The position numbers and the translations under genes are program-made. Under the pieces are notes generated by a model that saw only the letters and a list, made by a program, of their open reading frames with translations, was not told the DNA's origin and searched no databases. DNA of 64,000 nt from a virus (taxonomy: Duplodnaviria > Caudoviricetes): positions 24,452 through 88,451 of IMG/VR virus record IMGVR_UViG_3300014206_000010; one strand, written 5' to 3'. Positions 46,492 to 56,424 of this stretch are shown one piece after another. Each line of letters opens with the position of its first letter. The stretch's first letter is position 1.

Positions 46492-47610
46492 TCAATTTTC
46501 TTCTATACCTTTTTCAAGTGATTCTTTCAAAGCAACTAAATCACTTTGCATAGATTTTTTAATTTTGTTATGCAATACATTTAACAACTTATTATGTTCC
46601 TGATAAAGTTTAAAGAACTCTCTCAAAGTGCTCCAACATAATTTACCGTTCATAAAACTAACTTTTCTTGCCCCCTCTTTTTTCAAAATTCCCATTTCAA
46701 GAGCATAATCAATATCTTCTTGTGAAAGAATTATACCATATCCAAGTAATATTCTTATATTAGTTTTTTTACGACTACCAAAATCATTTTTAACAACTCT
46801 TACCTCTGTGATTTGAGCTACTTCTACATCATCTATTTTTTCATTAGACCTTAAATTCATTGAAAGTCGCAAAGTAGGCATCAAGGAAACCCATTCACCT
46901 CCCGTACTTTTTCTTGTTGTAATACCCATGGTACTTTGTACGTATTGATGATTAAGAATTACAAAATGAATTGCATGAGTGTACATTTCTGACATAATTG
47001 ACTTTGCGAATTTTTTAGCTTCTTTTGCAAAAGCCATCATTTTTTCATTCTTAAATTCTATGCCTTCAACTTCAGCACCTTTCTTAAGCTGCTGTTCCAT
47101 ACGCTTAGTATTTTCCTCCATAGTATCAAGTTCTGATTTAGAAAGAGTTGCTCCAAGGCTATCCCACATGAAAAAGAATTTTGGCTTCATCTTCATTTCT
47201 TTCATTATCTCATCAGCGTCCATTATCAATTTCTTTACTTGCATGAACATAGCCTCAACATATTTTATTTTAACAATGATAATCCTATTTACAGGCAAAC
47301 CTAATTGCAAAGCATAATCTTTGTTGTCTCTATTTTCACTGGAAAGAATAACAGCAATACCATCATCAGGATTTTCCTTTAAAAAGTATTTCATGGACAT
47401 TAATCCCAACGTTGTTTTACCACTTCGACTTTTACCCGCTATCTCTATTATACCAGTAGGCAATCCAAAAATATGAAGATTATAATCAAGTGAAGGACTA
47501 CCTGTATGAGCCCAACTTTTTACATCTTTGAATCCGTCTTTATCAGAAAATCTTATCACGTCTTCACTATTGAATTTTTTCACTATTTTATCAATAATAT
47601 TTTTATTCAT
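46492..47610 (-). CDS. recA: RecA/UvsX recombinase
   Basis: IIEIAGKSRSGKTT, FMWDSLGA, ILNHQ, STGG. Confidence 0.88.
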   Translation of the reverse strand: MNKNIIDKIVKKFNSEDVIRFSDKDGFKDVKSWAHTGSPSLDYNLHIFGLPTGIIEIAGKSRSGKTTLGLMSMKYFLKENPDDGIAVILSSENRDNKDYALQLGLPVNRIIIVKIKYVEAMFMQVKKLIMDADEIMKEMKMKPKFFFMWDSLGATLSKSELDTMEENTKRMEQQLKKGAEVEGIEFKNEKMMAFAKEAKKFAKSIMSEMYTHAIHFVILNHQYVQSTMGITTRKSTGGEWVSLMPTLRLSMNLRSNEKIDDVEVAQITEVRVVKNDFGSRKKTNIRILLGYGIILSQEDIDYALEMGILKKEGARKVSFMNGKLCWSTLREFFKLYQEHNKLLNVLHNKIKKSMQSDLVALKESLEKGIEEN

Positions 47611-47629
47611 AATTTTGATTTTTATAAAA

Positions 47630-47661
47630 TAAGCCAGCGATATGTTTCAACCGTTGGCTTA
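47630..47661. terminator. Stem-loop / likely terminator after SSB
   Basis: taagccagcg ... cgttggctta inverted repeat. Confidence 0.5.
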
Positions 47662-47688
47662 AATTAATTAAACAATAAGCAGATAAAT

Positions 47689-49008
47689 TTATTTTCCGGC
47701 AAGTTTTTTTCTAATATCACTCAAAGAAATTTTTGCTTTAGGTTTTTCTTCCTCTTCCTCATCATCTTCTTCTTCTTCGTCATCATCTGATTTAGCTTTA
47801 CGAATAACTTCACGGATATCATCATCAGACATAGATTTCTTGACCCTAATTTCAAGTTTGTTGTCTCGTATATATTTTTTCAATCCACTTCTATCAAGGT
47901 CATCCAATGTATCCTCTTCTTCATCGTCCTCTTCGTCATCCTCTTCTTCATCGTCCTCTTCGTCATCCTCATCGTCAGATACTTTCTTAGCAGAAACTTT
48001 TGAAGTTTTCTTAACAGGTTTTTCTTCCTCTTCTTCTTCGTCTTCCTCGTCTTCCTCGTCTTCGTCAGATACTTTCTTAGAAGAAACTTTTTTAGAAATC
48101 TTTTTCTTTGAAGGTTTTTCTTCTTCAGATTCAACGTCATATTGAGCTTTAATTTCTTCAACATGTTCCAACCAATCTTCGTCTTCAAACAATCCAATTT
48201 CATGTTCTTCATCAAAATTCTGTAACCCTTCAAGAGCTTTTTCAAAATCTCTCATACCGTACTTTGAAATGACTTCAATAAGCGGTTTCAAAGACATAAA
48301 GTATTCAATTTCTTCATCAGTAAGCGGACGAGCATTTGCTTTCTTAGGAAAAGAAACATCATAATAATTTTCACCCTTTTTCTTGTTAGGATTCCTCATA
48401 TATTTAACCATAACAGGCAATCCTTCATCAACATCAGTAAATGGGTCAACTTCAATAACATCGTCTTCGTCTTCAGAAAATGCTAATTTATTAAGTAAAT
48501 CACGAACCATCTTTTTAAATTCCCAAACTTTAGGATGAAGCGGTGTATCAGCAGTTACTCTATCCGCATAACATACCCAAGAATATTGAGGATTTAAAGA
48601 ATTTGATGTCATGCCAGTACCTGAAATTGCTTCAAGTTTATCTGCATCTTTTGACCATTTCTTTTTAGCAAATTTTGCATATTCTTCAACCAAATCCCAT
48701 TTAGTTCCACCGTGAAGTTTTGAATCAAGAACAGTAGTGCGTCTTAGGTCTCCATTATTACCAGCTACTGTAAGCCAATAACATTTCTTTGGGACATAAA
48801 AAGCTTCACCTCCTGGATGAACAGGAAAAATACGAATTTTAAAAGTTTTTCCGTCTTCAAGATTTAGATATTCATTGCTATAAGCTCCAATGTTTTCATT
48901 ATCTTCATCTATGCGCTTTTTCAATTTTTTAATAGGAGTCGCTTTCAACTGCGAGCGAAAATCTCCAGATGTTCTTTTTTTTACCATAATTTTTTTAAAA
49001 TTTACCAT
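47689..49008 (-). CDS. T4 gp32-like single-stranded DNA-binding protein with long acidic tail
   Basis: KIRIFP..., YDVSFP, position between recA and uvsY-like genes, extreme D/E C-terminus. Confidence 0.75.
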   Translation of the reverse strand: MVNFKKIMVKKRTSGDFRSQLKATPIKKLKKRIDEDNENIGAYSNEYLNLEDGKTFKIRIFPVHPGGEAFYVPKKCYWLTVAGNNGDLRRTTVLDSKLHGGTKWDLVEEYAKFAKKKWSKDADKLEAISGTGMTSNSLNPQYSWVCYADRVTADTPLHPKVWEFKKMVRDLLNKLAFSEDEDDVIEVDPFTDVDEGLPVMVKYMRNPNKKKGENYYDVSFPKKANARPLTDEEIEYFMSLKPLIEVISKYGMRDFEKALEGLQNFDEEHEIGLFEDEDWLEHVEEIKAQYDVESEEEKPSKKKISKKVSSKKVSDEDEEDEEDEEEEEEKPVKKTSKVSAKKVSDDEDDEEDDEEEDDEEDDEEEDTLDDLDRSGLKKYIRDNKLEIRVKKSMSDDDIREVIRKAKSDDDEEEEDDEEEEEKPKAKISLSDIRKKLAGK

Positions 49009-49013
49009 TTTTA

Positions 49014-49538
49014 TTATTCAATTACTTTTTTCGTTCTTTTTATTAAAACGTTGTTAACTCTACCTTCTATAACACTATCCGACAATTCACTGGATTGTAT
49101 AGACAAAGAAAGTTTGTTTAGCTTTTCAGATTTATCTTTTGCTGACCAAAATATTGAATTAATATAATCTCTATTCTTTTGAACTTCAATCATTTTCCTT
49201 CTCAACGCTTGATATGCTTTATTACTAACAACTGCATTATTGAGATTTTCAACAGTTGGATTTCTACCTCCATTTTGTGCTGCTAATTCAATTCTTAATT
49301 TTTCTTTTGTTTTTGCTTCAAAAATTTCCAAATTAAGTTTAGCTTCAGAAACTTGAGATTCAGCTTCAGCAAGAAGATTTCCAAATCTATTAACAATTAC
49401 TGGGAATGTAATCAATTCTCCTATTAAATTTGAATAATCAATTTTTAACAAAGAATCGACTTCCATATCTTCATCAAAATTATCAAATAATAATTTGTAT
49501 GATTTATCTTTGACTTGAATTAATTTCTTTTCCATCAT
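49014..49538 (-). CDS. UvsY-like recombination mediator (coiled coil)
   Basis: KIDYSNL..E....P......G.L.A.AE...pattern; next to SSB. Confidence 0.55.
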   Translation of the reverse strand: MMEKKLIQVKDKSYKLLFDNFDEDMEVDSLLKIDYSNLIGELITFPVIVNRFGNLLAEAESQVSEAKLNLEIFEAKTKEKLRIELAAQNGGRNPTVENLNNAVVSNKAYQALRRKMIEVQKNRDYINSIFWSAKDKSEKLNKLSLSIQSSELSDSVIEGRVNNVLIKRTKKVIE

Positions 49539-49851
49539 TTAAAACTTTTTGTTCATTTTCACTATTTAAAATATGAATTCCTATCACGCCATAACCAATA
49601 ATATCTTCCAAAGTATCTAATACGCTTTCAAAATTCGGCTTATTATTTTCCATAATATTAACAGGTTTTCTTAATCTTTTTTCAATTAAAGTCCTAAATC
49701 TGTGCGCCTTATCCCAAATATGTACCATATTGCCATTTAATCCTAAATCAAAAGATGCACCGCCATAATCAGCATTCTTTTTTATTAAAGTTTCAATCAC
49801 TTTATCTAAAACTTTTTGAATACTTTCTTTGTTCATTTCTATTTCCACCAT
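49504..49851 (-). CDS. DUF1599 / nucleotide-modification-associated domain 1 (Nmad1)
   Basis: KKNADYG...IWDK..R...ESVLDTLEDIIGYGVI. Confidence 0.75.
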   Translation of the reverse strand: MVEIEMNKESIQKVLDKVIETLIKKNADYGGASFDLGLNGNMVHIWDKAHRFRTLIEKRLRKPVNIMENNKPNFESVLDTLEDIIGYGVIGIHILNSENEQKVLNDGKEINSSQR

Positions 49852-49853
49852 AA

Positions 49854-50423
49854 TTATTTTATTAAATTATTTATTAATTTTTTTAAATCAAAATTTATTC
49901 CAAACCTATCTTTTAAAATTTCTTCACATTCAATCCTTTTTGATTTTATATGATTCAAACAATATACTTTTTCTGATTCAAATACTTTCACTCCCATGAT
50001 TTCATTTCTTATTATAAAAGTATACATTCCAAGCCAATCACATAATTTACAAAAAGTTTTAACGTCTTTGTCCTTAAATTTATCAAACAAAAATTTCAAA
50101 TTAATTGTTTCTAATTGATGTTCGACAAATTCTGTAAGACTTTCACGAATATCTGAACCATTGAAATAATTATACTTAACAACATGACTTATATCTCTTC
50201 CTAAAATTGATTCATCGAAATCATGCAATATAGAATATTCAACACATTTGAGTTTGAATTCATAAAATTCAGGTGGAAAATCAGTAATGTTTTCCAAAAG
50301 GAAAACGCATATTGCAGATACTTTAAATGAATGCTGGGAAACACTTTCTTTTATAACACTATCTCTTTCTTCCCATTGTTTAATATTATCAAGCGTAACA
50401 ATTCTATTTACAAATTCTTTCAT
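49854..50423 (-). CDS. HD-domain 5'-deoxynucleotidase (YfbR-like)
   Basis: ESVSQHSF, ILHDFDE..GRDI, CKLCD. Confidence 0.8.
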   Translation of the reverse strand: MKEFVNRIVTLDNIKQWEERDSVIKESVSQHSFKVSAICVFLLENITDFPPEFYEFKLKCVEYSILHDFDESILGRDISHVVKYNYFNGSDIRESLTEFVEHQLETINLKFLFDKFKDKDVKTFCKLCDWLGMYTFIIRNEIMGVKVFESEKVYCLNHIKSKRIECEEILKDRFGINFDLKKLINNLIK

Positions 50424-50444
50424 AACAATTTTATTTACAATTTA

Positions 50445-52523
50445 CTATTTTTTTTTAACTTTGTTTATTTTTGTTTTATAATCAGATATTACATATAACT
50501 TTGTTTTATCATTACTCATTAATTTCTTTTCTTTTTTAAATCTATCATTTTCTACAGTTCCATTAATAGCTACAATACAACCTTTCAAATTAGCAATATC
50601 TTCGCCTATTTTCTCAAAAGTGTTGGGCCACATAAGAATAGGAATTATGGTATTATTACAATCTATATTTAAGATACACATAATTCCATTCTTAATTTCT
50701 TTCTCTTTGTAATATATTAATTTACCTGCCACAGTCACTTCAGTTTTTTCTTTAGTAGTTAAAAATTCATCATCATTAACATAAATTTTAGCAATTCTTT
50801 TATTTGGTATAGCATCACATATCATACCTTTATAATCAACTTCACCAAATCCAGTAAGACGTTTCTGCTCTAAAATCCAAAAAGCATTAGTTTTAGCATC
50901 TTCGACATTATATTCTTCAGGCATTGAATCTCCCCTTACTTCAAGATACTTTGATAAAAGTTTTCTTCTTTCTCTTGGATTTTTAATATCTTCAAGAAGG
51001 TCAAACGCTCCAGCAATAATAAGATGTTTTACAACAGTTTTATTAACCTTCGAAGGCACTCGGCTTAAGAATTCTTCTAACGAATAAAATTGACCACCTG
51101 AATTCCTTGTATTCATAATATTTTGAACTGCTACTTCTCCCACTCCTTTAATTTTAGTAAGACTGAAGAATATACGTTGTTCTTTTGAATCACAAGTAAA
51201 ATTTATATCAGAGAAATTAACATCTGGCGGACGTATTTCAATTTCAATTCCAGTTTTCTTTAATTCAGCAAGTTTATATGGTACTCCAGCTTCTTTAGAA
51301 AATTGTAATGCAGTTGTCCAAAATTCCAATGGATAATTTACTTTGAACCATTGACTCCAATATGACATAATTGAATATGCTGCAGCGTGACTCTTATTAA
51401 AACCATATCCAGAAAATGCAAGTAATTTATTCCAAACTTTATCAGCATATTCTTTAGGTTTTTTAATATTATTTTTTTCAAGTAATTTTATATATCCTGT
51501 TTTAAATTTTTCTCCAAATGAACTTAGTGTTTTTATATCCTTCTTTTTAATAGTTGTTCTAAGAACATCTGATTCAACTTCAGTTAAACCTCCAACAATA
51601 ACAGCTTTCATAATCTGTTCCTGATATACATATAAAGAAAATGTTTCTTTTGTTATTTCTTCCATACCAAAATCATATGAAGGTTTTTTCTTCCCGTTCT
51701 TAATATCAGCAAAATCTCTATGAGCATACACTCCCATTGGACCAGGACGAAATAAAGCAGTCATTGCTATAAGGTCTTCAAGATTATCTGGTTTAACTTG
51801 TCTACAATAATTCATCAAACCAGTTGTACCAAACTGAAATACATCTTCATTCCAACCTCTTTTAAAATATTTAAAGGTTTCATCGTCATCAAGAGGAATT
51901 TTATTAACATTAATTTTTTTACTACAATTTTTTTTTATCAAAGTGAGAATACTCTTAAACTTATCAAGCTGAGATAATCCAAGAATATCTTCTTTTAGAA
52001 ATCCTGATTTATCAATATATTTACCTTCCCATTCTGAAACTAATACACCATCAATATTTTTGATTGGCAGCAATTCCCATAAATCAATTTTCCTTCCATC
52101 AATTGAAAATTTAGGGACTATAACAACAGCTGAAGGATGTACTGATTCTGCCTTTGGAATTAATAAAGCATATTTACAAAGATGAACAATATCCGGATAA
52201 TCTTGAACAAATTTGAATAATGTCTTAGATTTTGTAGCATATTGTATCAAATCTCCCCAAGTATATTCAATTTGGTCATCAATGTCTTTTGTTAATTTAT
52301 TAGTATAATCAAAAGATAACCCCTTTTCTTTTCCAAAATCTTTTATACAAGTTTTCAATTTCATTCTTGTATATGTTCCAATAGAACAAGTGTAATTATA
52401 TCCATATTTTTCCTTGATATAATTTTTCACTTTATCCCTATATTCTGTGGGGAAATCAATGTCTATGTCCGGCATCATATCGCCACGATATATCTTCTTT
52501 TCTACTATTTTTGATATTTTCAT
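50445..52523 (-). CDS. dnaE: DNA polymerase III alpha (DnaE-type), C-terminal catalytic fragment
   Basis: MPDIDIDF, SVHPSAVVI, LKEDILGL, FRPGPM, YQEQIM, GYGFNKSH, IKGVG, OB fold. Confidence 0.95.
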   Translation of the reverse strand: MKISKIVEKKIYRGDMMPDIDIDFPTEYRDKVKNYIKEKYGYNYTCSIGTYTRMKLKTCIKDFGKEKGLSFDYTNKLTKDIDDQIEYTWGDLIQYATKSKTLFKFVQDYPDIVHLCKYALLIPKAESVHPSAVVIVPKFSIDGRKIDLWELLPIKNIDGVLVSEWEGKYIDKSGFLKEDILGLSQLDKFKSILTLIKKNCSKKINVNKIPLDDDETFKYFKRGWNEDVFQFGTTGLMNYCRQVKPDNLEDLIAMTALFRPGPMGVYAHRDFADIKNGKKKPSYDFGMEEITKETFSLYVYQEQIMKAVIVGGLTEVESDVLRTTIKKKDIKTLSSFGEKFKTGYIKLLEKNNIKKPKEYADKVWNKLLAFSGYGFNKSHAAAYSIMSYWSQWFKVNYPLEFWTTALQFSKEAGVPYKLAELKKTGIEIEIRPPDVNFSDINFTCDSKEQRIFFSLTKIKGVGEVAVQNIMNTRNSGGQFYSLEEFLSRVPSKVNKTVVKHLIIAGAFDLLEDIKNPRERRKLLSKYLEVRGDSMPEEYNVEDAKTNAFWILEQKRLTGFGEVDYKGMICDAIPNKRIAKIYVNDDEFLTTKEKTEVTVAGKLIYYKEKEIKNGIMCILNIDCNNTIIPILMWPNTFEKIGEDIANLKGCIVAINGTVENDRFKKEKKLMSNDKTKLYVISDYKTKINKVKKK

Positions 52524-52524
52524 A

Positions 52525-53328
52525 TTAATTTCTACTTTTCATTCCGTATCTAAATCCAGAAGGTAATATATCTCCTTTATTTATAACAGTATTTACAATA
52601 TCATTAGTTATTCTAACCTTGCCTGTCATAGAATTAACATAATCTATATTTTTTGTTTTATTTTTAATCTTTTTACTTAATTGTTTCTTCTTTTCTTCTG
52701 TCCATTTATTACCATAATTAGCATTAAGATTACCAATAAATCTTCCTTTCATCTTTTCAGATTGTTTCTTTTTTTGTTCGTCATTCCAATAATTTTTATA
52801 ATTAGGATTTTTATCACCTGAATATCGTCCTTTCAATGTTTTAGATATTTTATCTTTATAATCTGTTTCTTTTAATGTTTTTAATCTTTTAAGTTCTATA
52901 TTTTTTCTTATTTCAGGATGTAATTTATTAAATCTTTTTACTGATTCTCCACATTTTTTTGCTATATTTGGGTCTTTCATAGGACTTCCTGAACCGAACT
53001 TATTAGCAGTACCCCATAAAACGTTACAACCTCCTAATTTATAAGAATAATGAGCTTTTTCTTGTTTGATATAATATTCTTCCATCTTATCAAGACATTT
53101 TTGAGAACAAGGTCTTTGATATAAAATTTCACGTCTTATAAACTTTTTCCAATGCTTAGGATAATCTTGTTTCAACTTATTTATAAAATTTGTCCAAATG
53201 CTACCGCTACCAGGATATAAATCAAAATCTTCTAAACAAAAGTGTTGCCCTACATAAAAAGGTTTATGTCCATTAAATTTATATTTTGTTATGATTGTAA
53301 ATTTGTAAATTATACCTATTTGTTTCAT
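52525..53328 (-). mobile_element. GIY-YIG homing endonuclease inserted between the two polymerase fragments
   Basis: GIIYKF..FYVGQH, YPGSG, NPNY/NANYG NUMOD-like repeats, C-terminal RITN..GFRYG. Confidence 0.88.
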
Positions 53329-54998
53329 GACATTGTTTTTAATTTATCAACATCTATATCTATACTTGATAAATCTAAATCAACGTTAATATCTATTTCT
53401 TCCCCATTTGTTAAAGGTAATTTCTTGCCTTTAGGAATAGTAATTTTTTCTCCATTTTCTAATTCTAATTCAAAAACAATTGGAGGTGTAACACGAGTTT
53501 CATTTAAAAAACGTGAAAACATTAATCCATATTTTAATGGATCAACATCAGTAATATGTAGACAATAAGCAACCAAACTACCACAAACTGAACCACGACC
53601 TGGTCCTGTATTTATATCTCTTTCTCTACACCAATTAATAATATCCCACAGAATCATAAAATAATCAATCAAACCGTTTGGAACAATAACTTCGCATTCT
53701 GTTTCTATTTGCTTTAAATAAATTTCAAGCTTATCTGGTTTAAGATGTCCAAATCTTTCATTAACACCTTTTTCTAATTCTTTGAAAAATAATTCTTCAA
53801 CATTATCAACTTCAAAACGAGGTAATTTTCTTTCTCCTGTATTAATCCTAAAATTAATATCATCAACTAATTTAGAAGCATTCAATATACCAGACGTTAT
53901 AGCTTCAAACAAAGGTTCTGTATTTTCAATCCATTCTGAATAAGCATTAATGGTATCACCAGCACTCTTAAAATATTGTTCTCCTGATTCAGGTGATACC
54001 CTATTATTGATTTTATTCAATAAAGTTTTGAGTTCACTTTCTTCTTTATCAAGATAATATGAATCATTTATCAAAATAGGTTCTAACATTTTACGATAAT
54101 TACACAAATAAGTATCTATGTTTTCAAGATGTTTCTTAAACAATTGCTGAGAAATGAATTCAACTGTATCAATCTGATAAAATACTTTATCAAAACTTTT
54201 TTTGTATTTAGATATTAATTTTATTACTTCTTTTCTATTATCCTTAATATAATTTATTTCACTTTCCTTAGGCACTACGCAACATAATCCCTCTCCGAGC
54301 GTATAAAGTAAGGCATCTGGAATAAACCCTTTGTAATCAACATTTATAGCTTTATTCACAAGAAGTAAATTTTTCCATCCTTGATAATTGAGAATGTACA
54401 ATTTTAATTCAAATATTTCTTGATTTTGTTTTTCTTCTGAATATTCCTTAGCAACAACTATGGTTTCTCCAATAACTGATTTCATTCCCTTTTTTTCACA
54501 AAAGGTTTGAAAAGAAAGAGTACCAGCCATGGTATTTTTATCACAAATTCCAAGTGCTTTACAACCAAGAAAAGAACCTTTTGTAACCCATAATTCAGGA
54601 GAACCGGAACCATTCATCATTTCATATTCTGTGTGAACTCCTAAATGAACAAAATCCATTATAAACGGTTCACTTGTTTTACCAAGATATTTGAAATCAT
54701 TAAATTCTGGTTTATATATGATTTCATTGTACTTATTCTTATCTTGTTTTAATCCCGAATAATAAAATTTAGTTCCAAATTCAAATAAAATGAAATTAAC
54801 TTTTTTTTCATCTAATATATCAAATTCTTCATCTGAAAGAATAAATGAAAAATCCTCATCAATTATTTTACCTTCAAATGAATGCAAGTACAAAAAATCA
54901 CCAATCTCTTTTATTGAAATAATATCAGAATCGTTTAATTTTGACTCTGATATTATTAACTTATTTTCTTCTACCCATTTTGCTAAAGTATCCGTCAT
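53325..54998 (-). CDS. dnaE: DNA polymerase III alpha N-terminal fragment (extension + PHP domain)
   Basis: [53 protein letters not shown]; stops before PDID. Confidence 0.93.
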   Translation of the reverse strand: MTDTLAKWVEENKLIISESKLNDSDIISIKEIGDFLYLHSFEGKIIDEDFSFILSDEEFDILDEKKVNFILFEFGTKFYYSGLKQDKNKYNEIIYKPEFNDFKYLGKTSEPFIMDFVHLGVHTEYEMMNGSGSPELWVTKGSFLGCKALGICDKNTMAGTLSFQTFCEKKGMKSVIGETIVVAKEYSEEKQNQEIFELKLYILNYQGWKNLLLVNKAINVDYKGFIPDALLYTLGEGLCCVVPKESEINYIKDNRKEVIKLISKYKKSFDKVFYQIDTVEFISQQLFKKHLENIDTYLCNYRKMLEPILINDSYYLDKEESELKTLLNKINNRVSPESGEQYFKSAGDTINAYSEWIENTEPLFEAITSGILNASKLVDDINFRINTGERKLPRFEVDNVEELFFKELEKGVNERFGHLKPDKLEIYLKQIETECEVIVPNGLIDYFMILWDIINWCRERDINTGPGRGSVCGSLVAYCLHITDVDPLKYGLMFSRFLNETRVTPPIVFELELENGEKITIPKGKKLPLTNGEEIDINVDLDLSSIDIDVDKLKTMS

Positions 54999-55001
54999 AT
55001 T

Positions 55002-56258
55002 TTAAAGTTTACCTAAAAATTCATGATTTATTTTAACAGATAACCTTGAAAAAAAGAAATTCTTAGCAAGCATTGAAATATCCCAATTGTAATCTGACGC
55101 ACCATAACCTTCGTCAATTTTCATTTTAGCTTCTAATATTTCTATTTCAGAAATAGCACAATGTCTTGCTACATCTTTTTCAATGTCAGTTACTAAATTA
55201 ATCATTTTAATCTTGTAATTCAAATAAATTTTCAATAGCTGATAAACGTTAAACAAATACTTAGAAAAGTTTGCTAATTGATTAATTTCATCTTGTATCT
55301 CACTTTCTCCCTTTGATATTTTAATAAGATTATCAATTATAATCTGAAGATTATATTCAATCTCTCTAAAACAATTTACAGGTATTTCATGGCTGAAGTT
55401 GAAATCTATGCGTTTTTCTTTAGCATTGCAATCTTCGTACATATTTCCTACAACTTTTTCACTTTTACCTTTAATCCATAAATCACTCATATTCTTAGCA
55501 ATCTTATTCCATTTATAAATATGAAGGCTTTGAGAATTATGAGTTTGCGTACCAAGCTCAATTCTTAAAGCTCCGGCAATAAGTTCAGTGAGAAAACTGA
55601 ATTGAAATATATTTGTTGGCAACCCCCAATGTAAATCATTACTTCTATTTTGGACAGTTGTAATTAATTTTCCCTTCCTTATTTTGAACATTATTATATC
55701 ATTACAAGGAATGTCTTTGGTTTTATATCCCAAATCAAAATTAGGATTCCAAATAGCCATAACCACTTGTCTTGAGTTAGAATTTTCTGAAAATAATTTA
55801 ATAACATCAATGACTTGGTCGTAACCTTTTGAAGCGTTTAAATTATCATCAACAAATGAATCTTCAGTTCTAATTCCCCAATGACGCAAACGATAACCAT
55901 AAGGAGCGTGAAACGTTTTACCATCATCAGAAAAATCTGCCATCTTCTTGTTGAATAAAGTTAAAAAAGATACATCCTTTTTCCCTAAAGCAATCCACAT
56001 TGCTTCTGCTAAAAGAAAGAAAATATTTATATTCCTTTCATAACCACCAACACATCTACGATATGGATTAGTCAATTGTGTTTTTAAATCAAAAATTTCT
56101 TTTACTTCACCATCTCTACTTGATTCATAAGGTCTTTGAGTATATATATAATAATTAATCAAAGGATACATCCCTGAAAAACTTTCTGTTTTAACTACTC
56201 CAAGCTCAGGCGCAAAAACATTATTAATGTCAATTTTTTCTCTGTTCATAATTTTCAA
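55002..56258 (-). CDS. Thymidylate synthase-fold enzyme; candidate dUMP hydroxymethyltransferase
   Basis: EAMWI, YGYRL, DQ, SRQ, IWNP, DIPCN, RSNDLHWGLPTN (Asn, consistent with dUMP specificity), SLHIY. Confidence 0.85.
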   Translation of the reverse strand: MKIMNREKIDINNVFAPELGVVKTESFSGMYPLINYYIYTQRPYESSRDGEVKEIFDLKTQLTNPYRRCVGGYERNINIFFLLAEAMWIALGKKDVSFLTLFNKKMADFSDDGKTFHAPYGYRLRHWGIRTEDSFVDDNLNASKGYDQVIDVIKLFSENSNSRQVVMAIWNPNFDLGYKTKDIPCNDIIMFKIRKGKLITTVQNRSNDLHWGLPTNIFQFSFLTELIAGALRIELGTQTHNSQSLHIYKWNKIAKNMSDLWIKGKSEKVVGNMYEDCNAKEKRIDFNFSHEIPVNCFREIEYNLQIIIDNLIKISKGESEIQDEINQLANFSKYLFNVYQLLKIYLNYKIKMINLVTDIEKDVARHCAISEIEILEAKMKIDEGYGASDYNWDISMLAKNFFFSRLSVKINHEFLGKL

Positions 56259-56320
56259 CTTTATTTATTATTTTACTTTTAATCTTATTAAATAACCTAA
56301 ATAAATAAACTTTGTATAAT

Positions 56321-56356
56321 AAAAAAAAGGAGAATATTTTCATATCCTCCCTTTTT
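56321..56356 (-). terminator. Rho-independent terminator
   Basis: Imperfect aggaga..tcctccct stem with U8 on the minus strand. Confidence 0.5.
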
Positions 56357-56424
56357 AGATTACAAATAAAATTTACTTCTTTTTATTTTTAGAAGTTTTA
56401 TTTGCTTTAAAAGTTTTCTTTGTT

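Noticed and set aside
47900-48130. Repeat arrays in acidic tracts (27 bp x2) and EEPK repeats (34090-34150) as CRISPR-like arrays
   Set aside because: They are in-frame coding low-complexity repeats without unique spacers; no CRISPR array or cas gene was seen.
47880-48245. Alternative-frame minus-strand ORF inside SSB (also 10962-11171 and 19548-19751)
   Set aside because: Off-frame by-products of low-complexity or AT-rich coding sequence; no independent evidence.
52523-53328. Group I intron or canonical split intein in dnaE
   Set aside because: The spacers are -4 and +1 nt, leaving no room for intron core helices outside the HEG ORF. No Cys/Ser1, TxxH or terminal HN residues are present.
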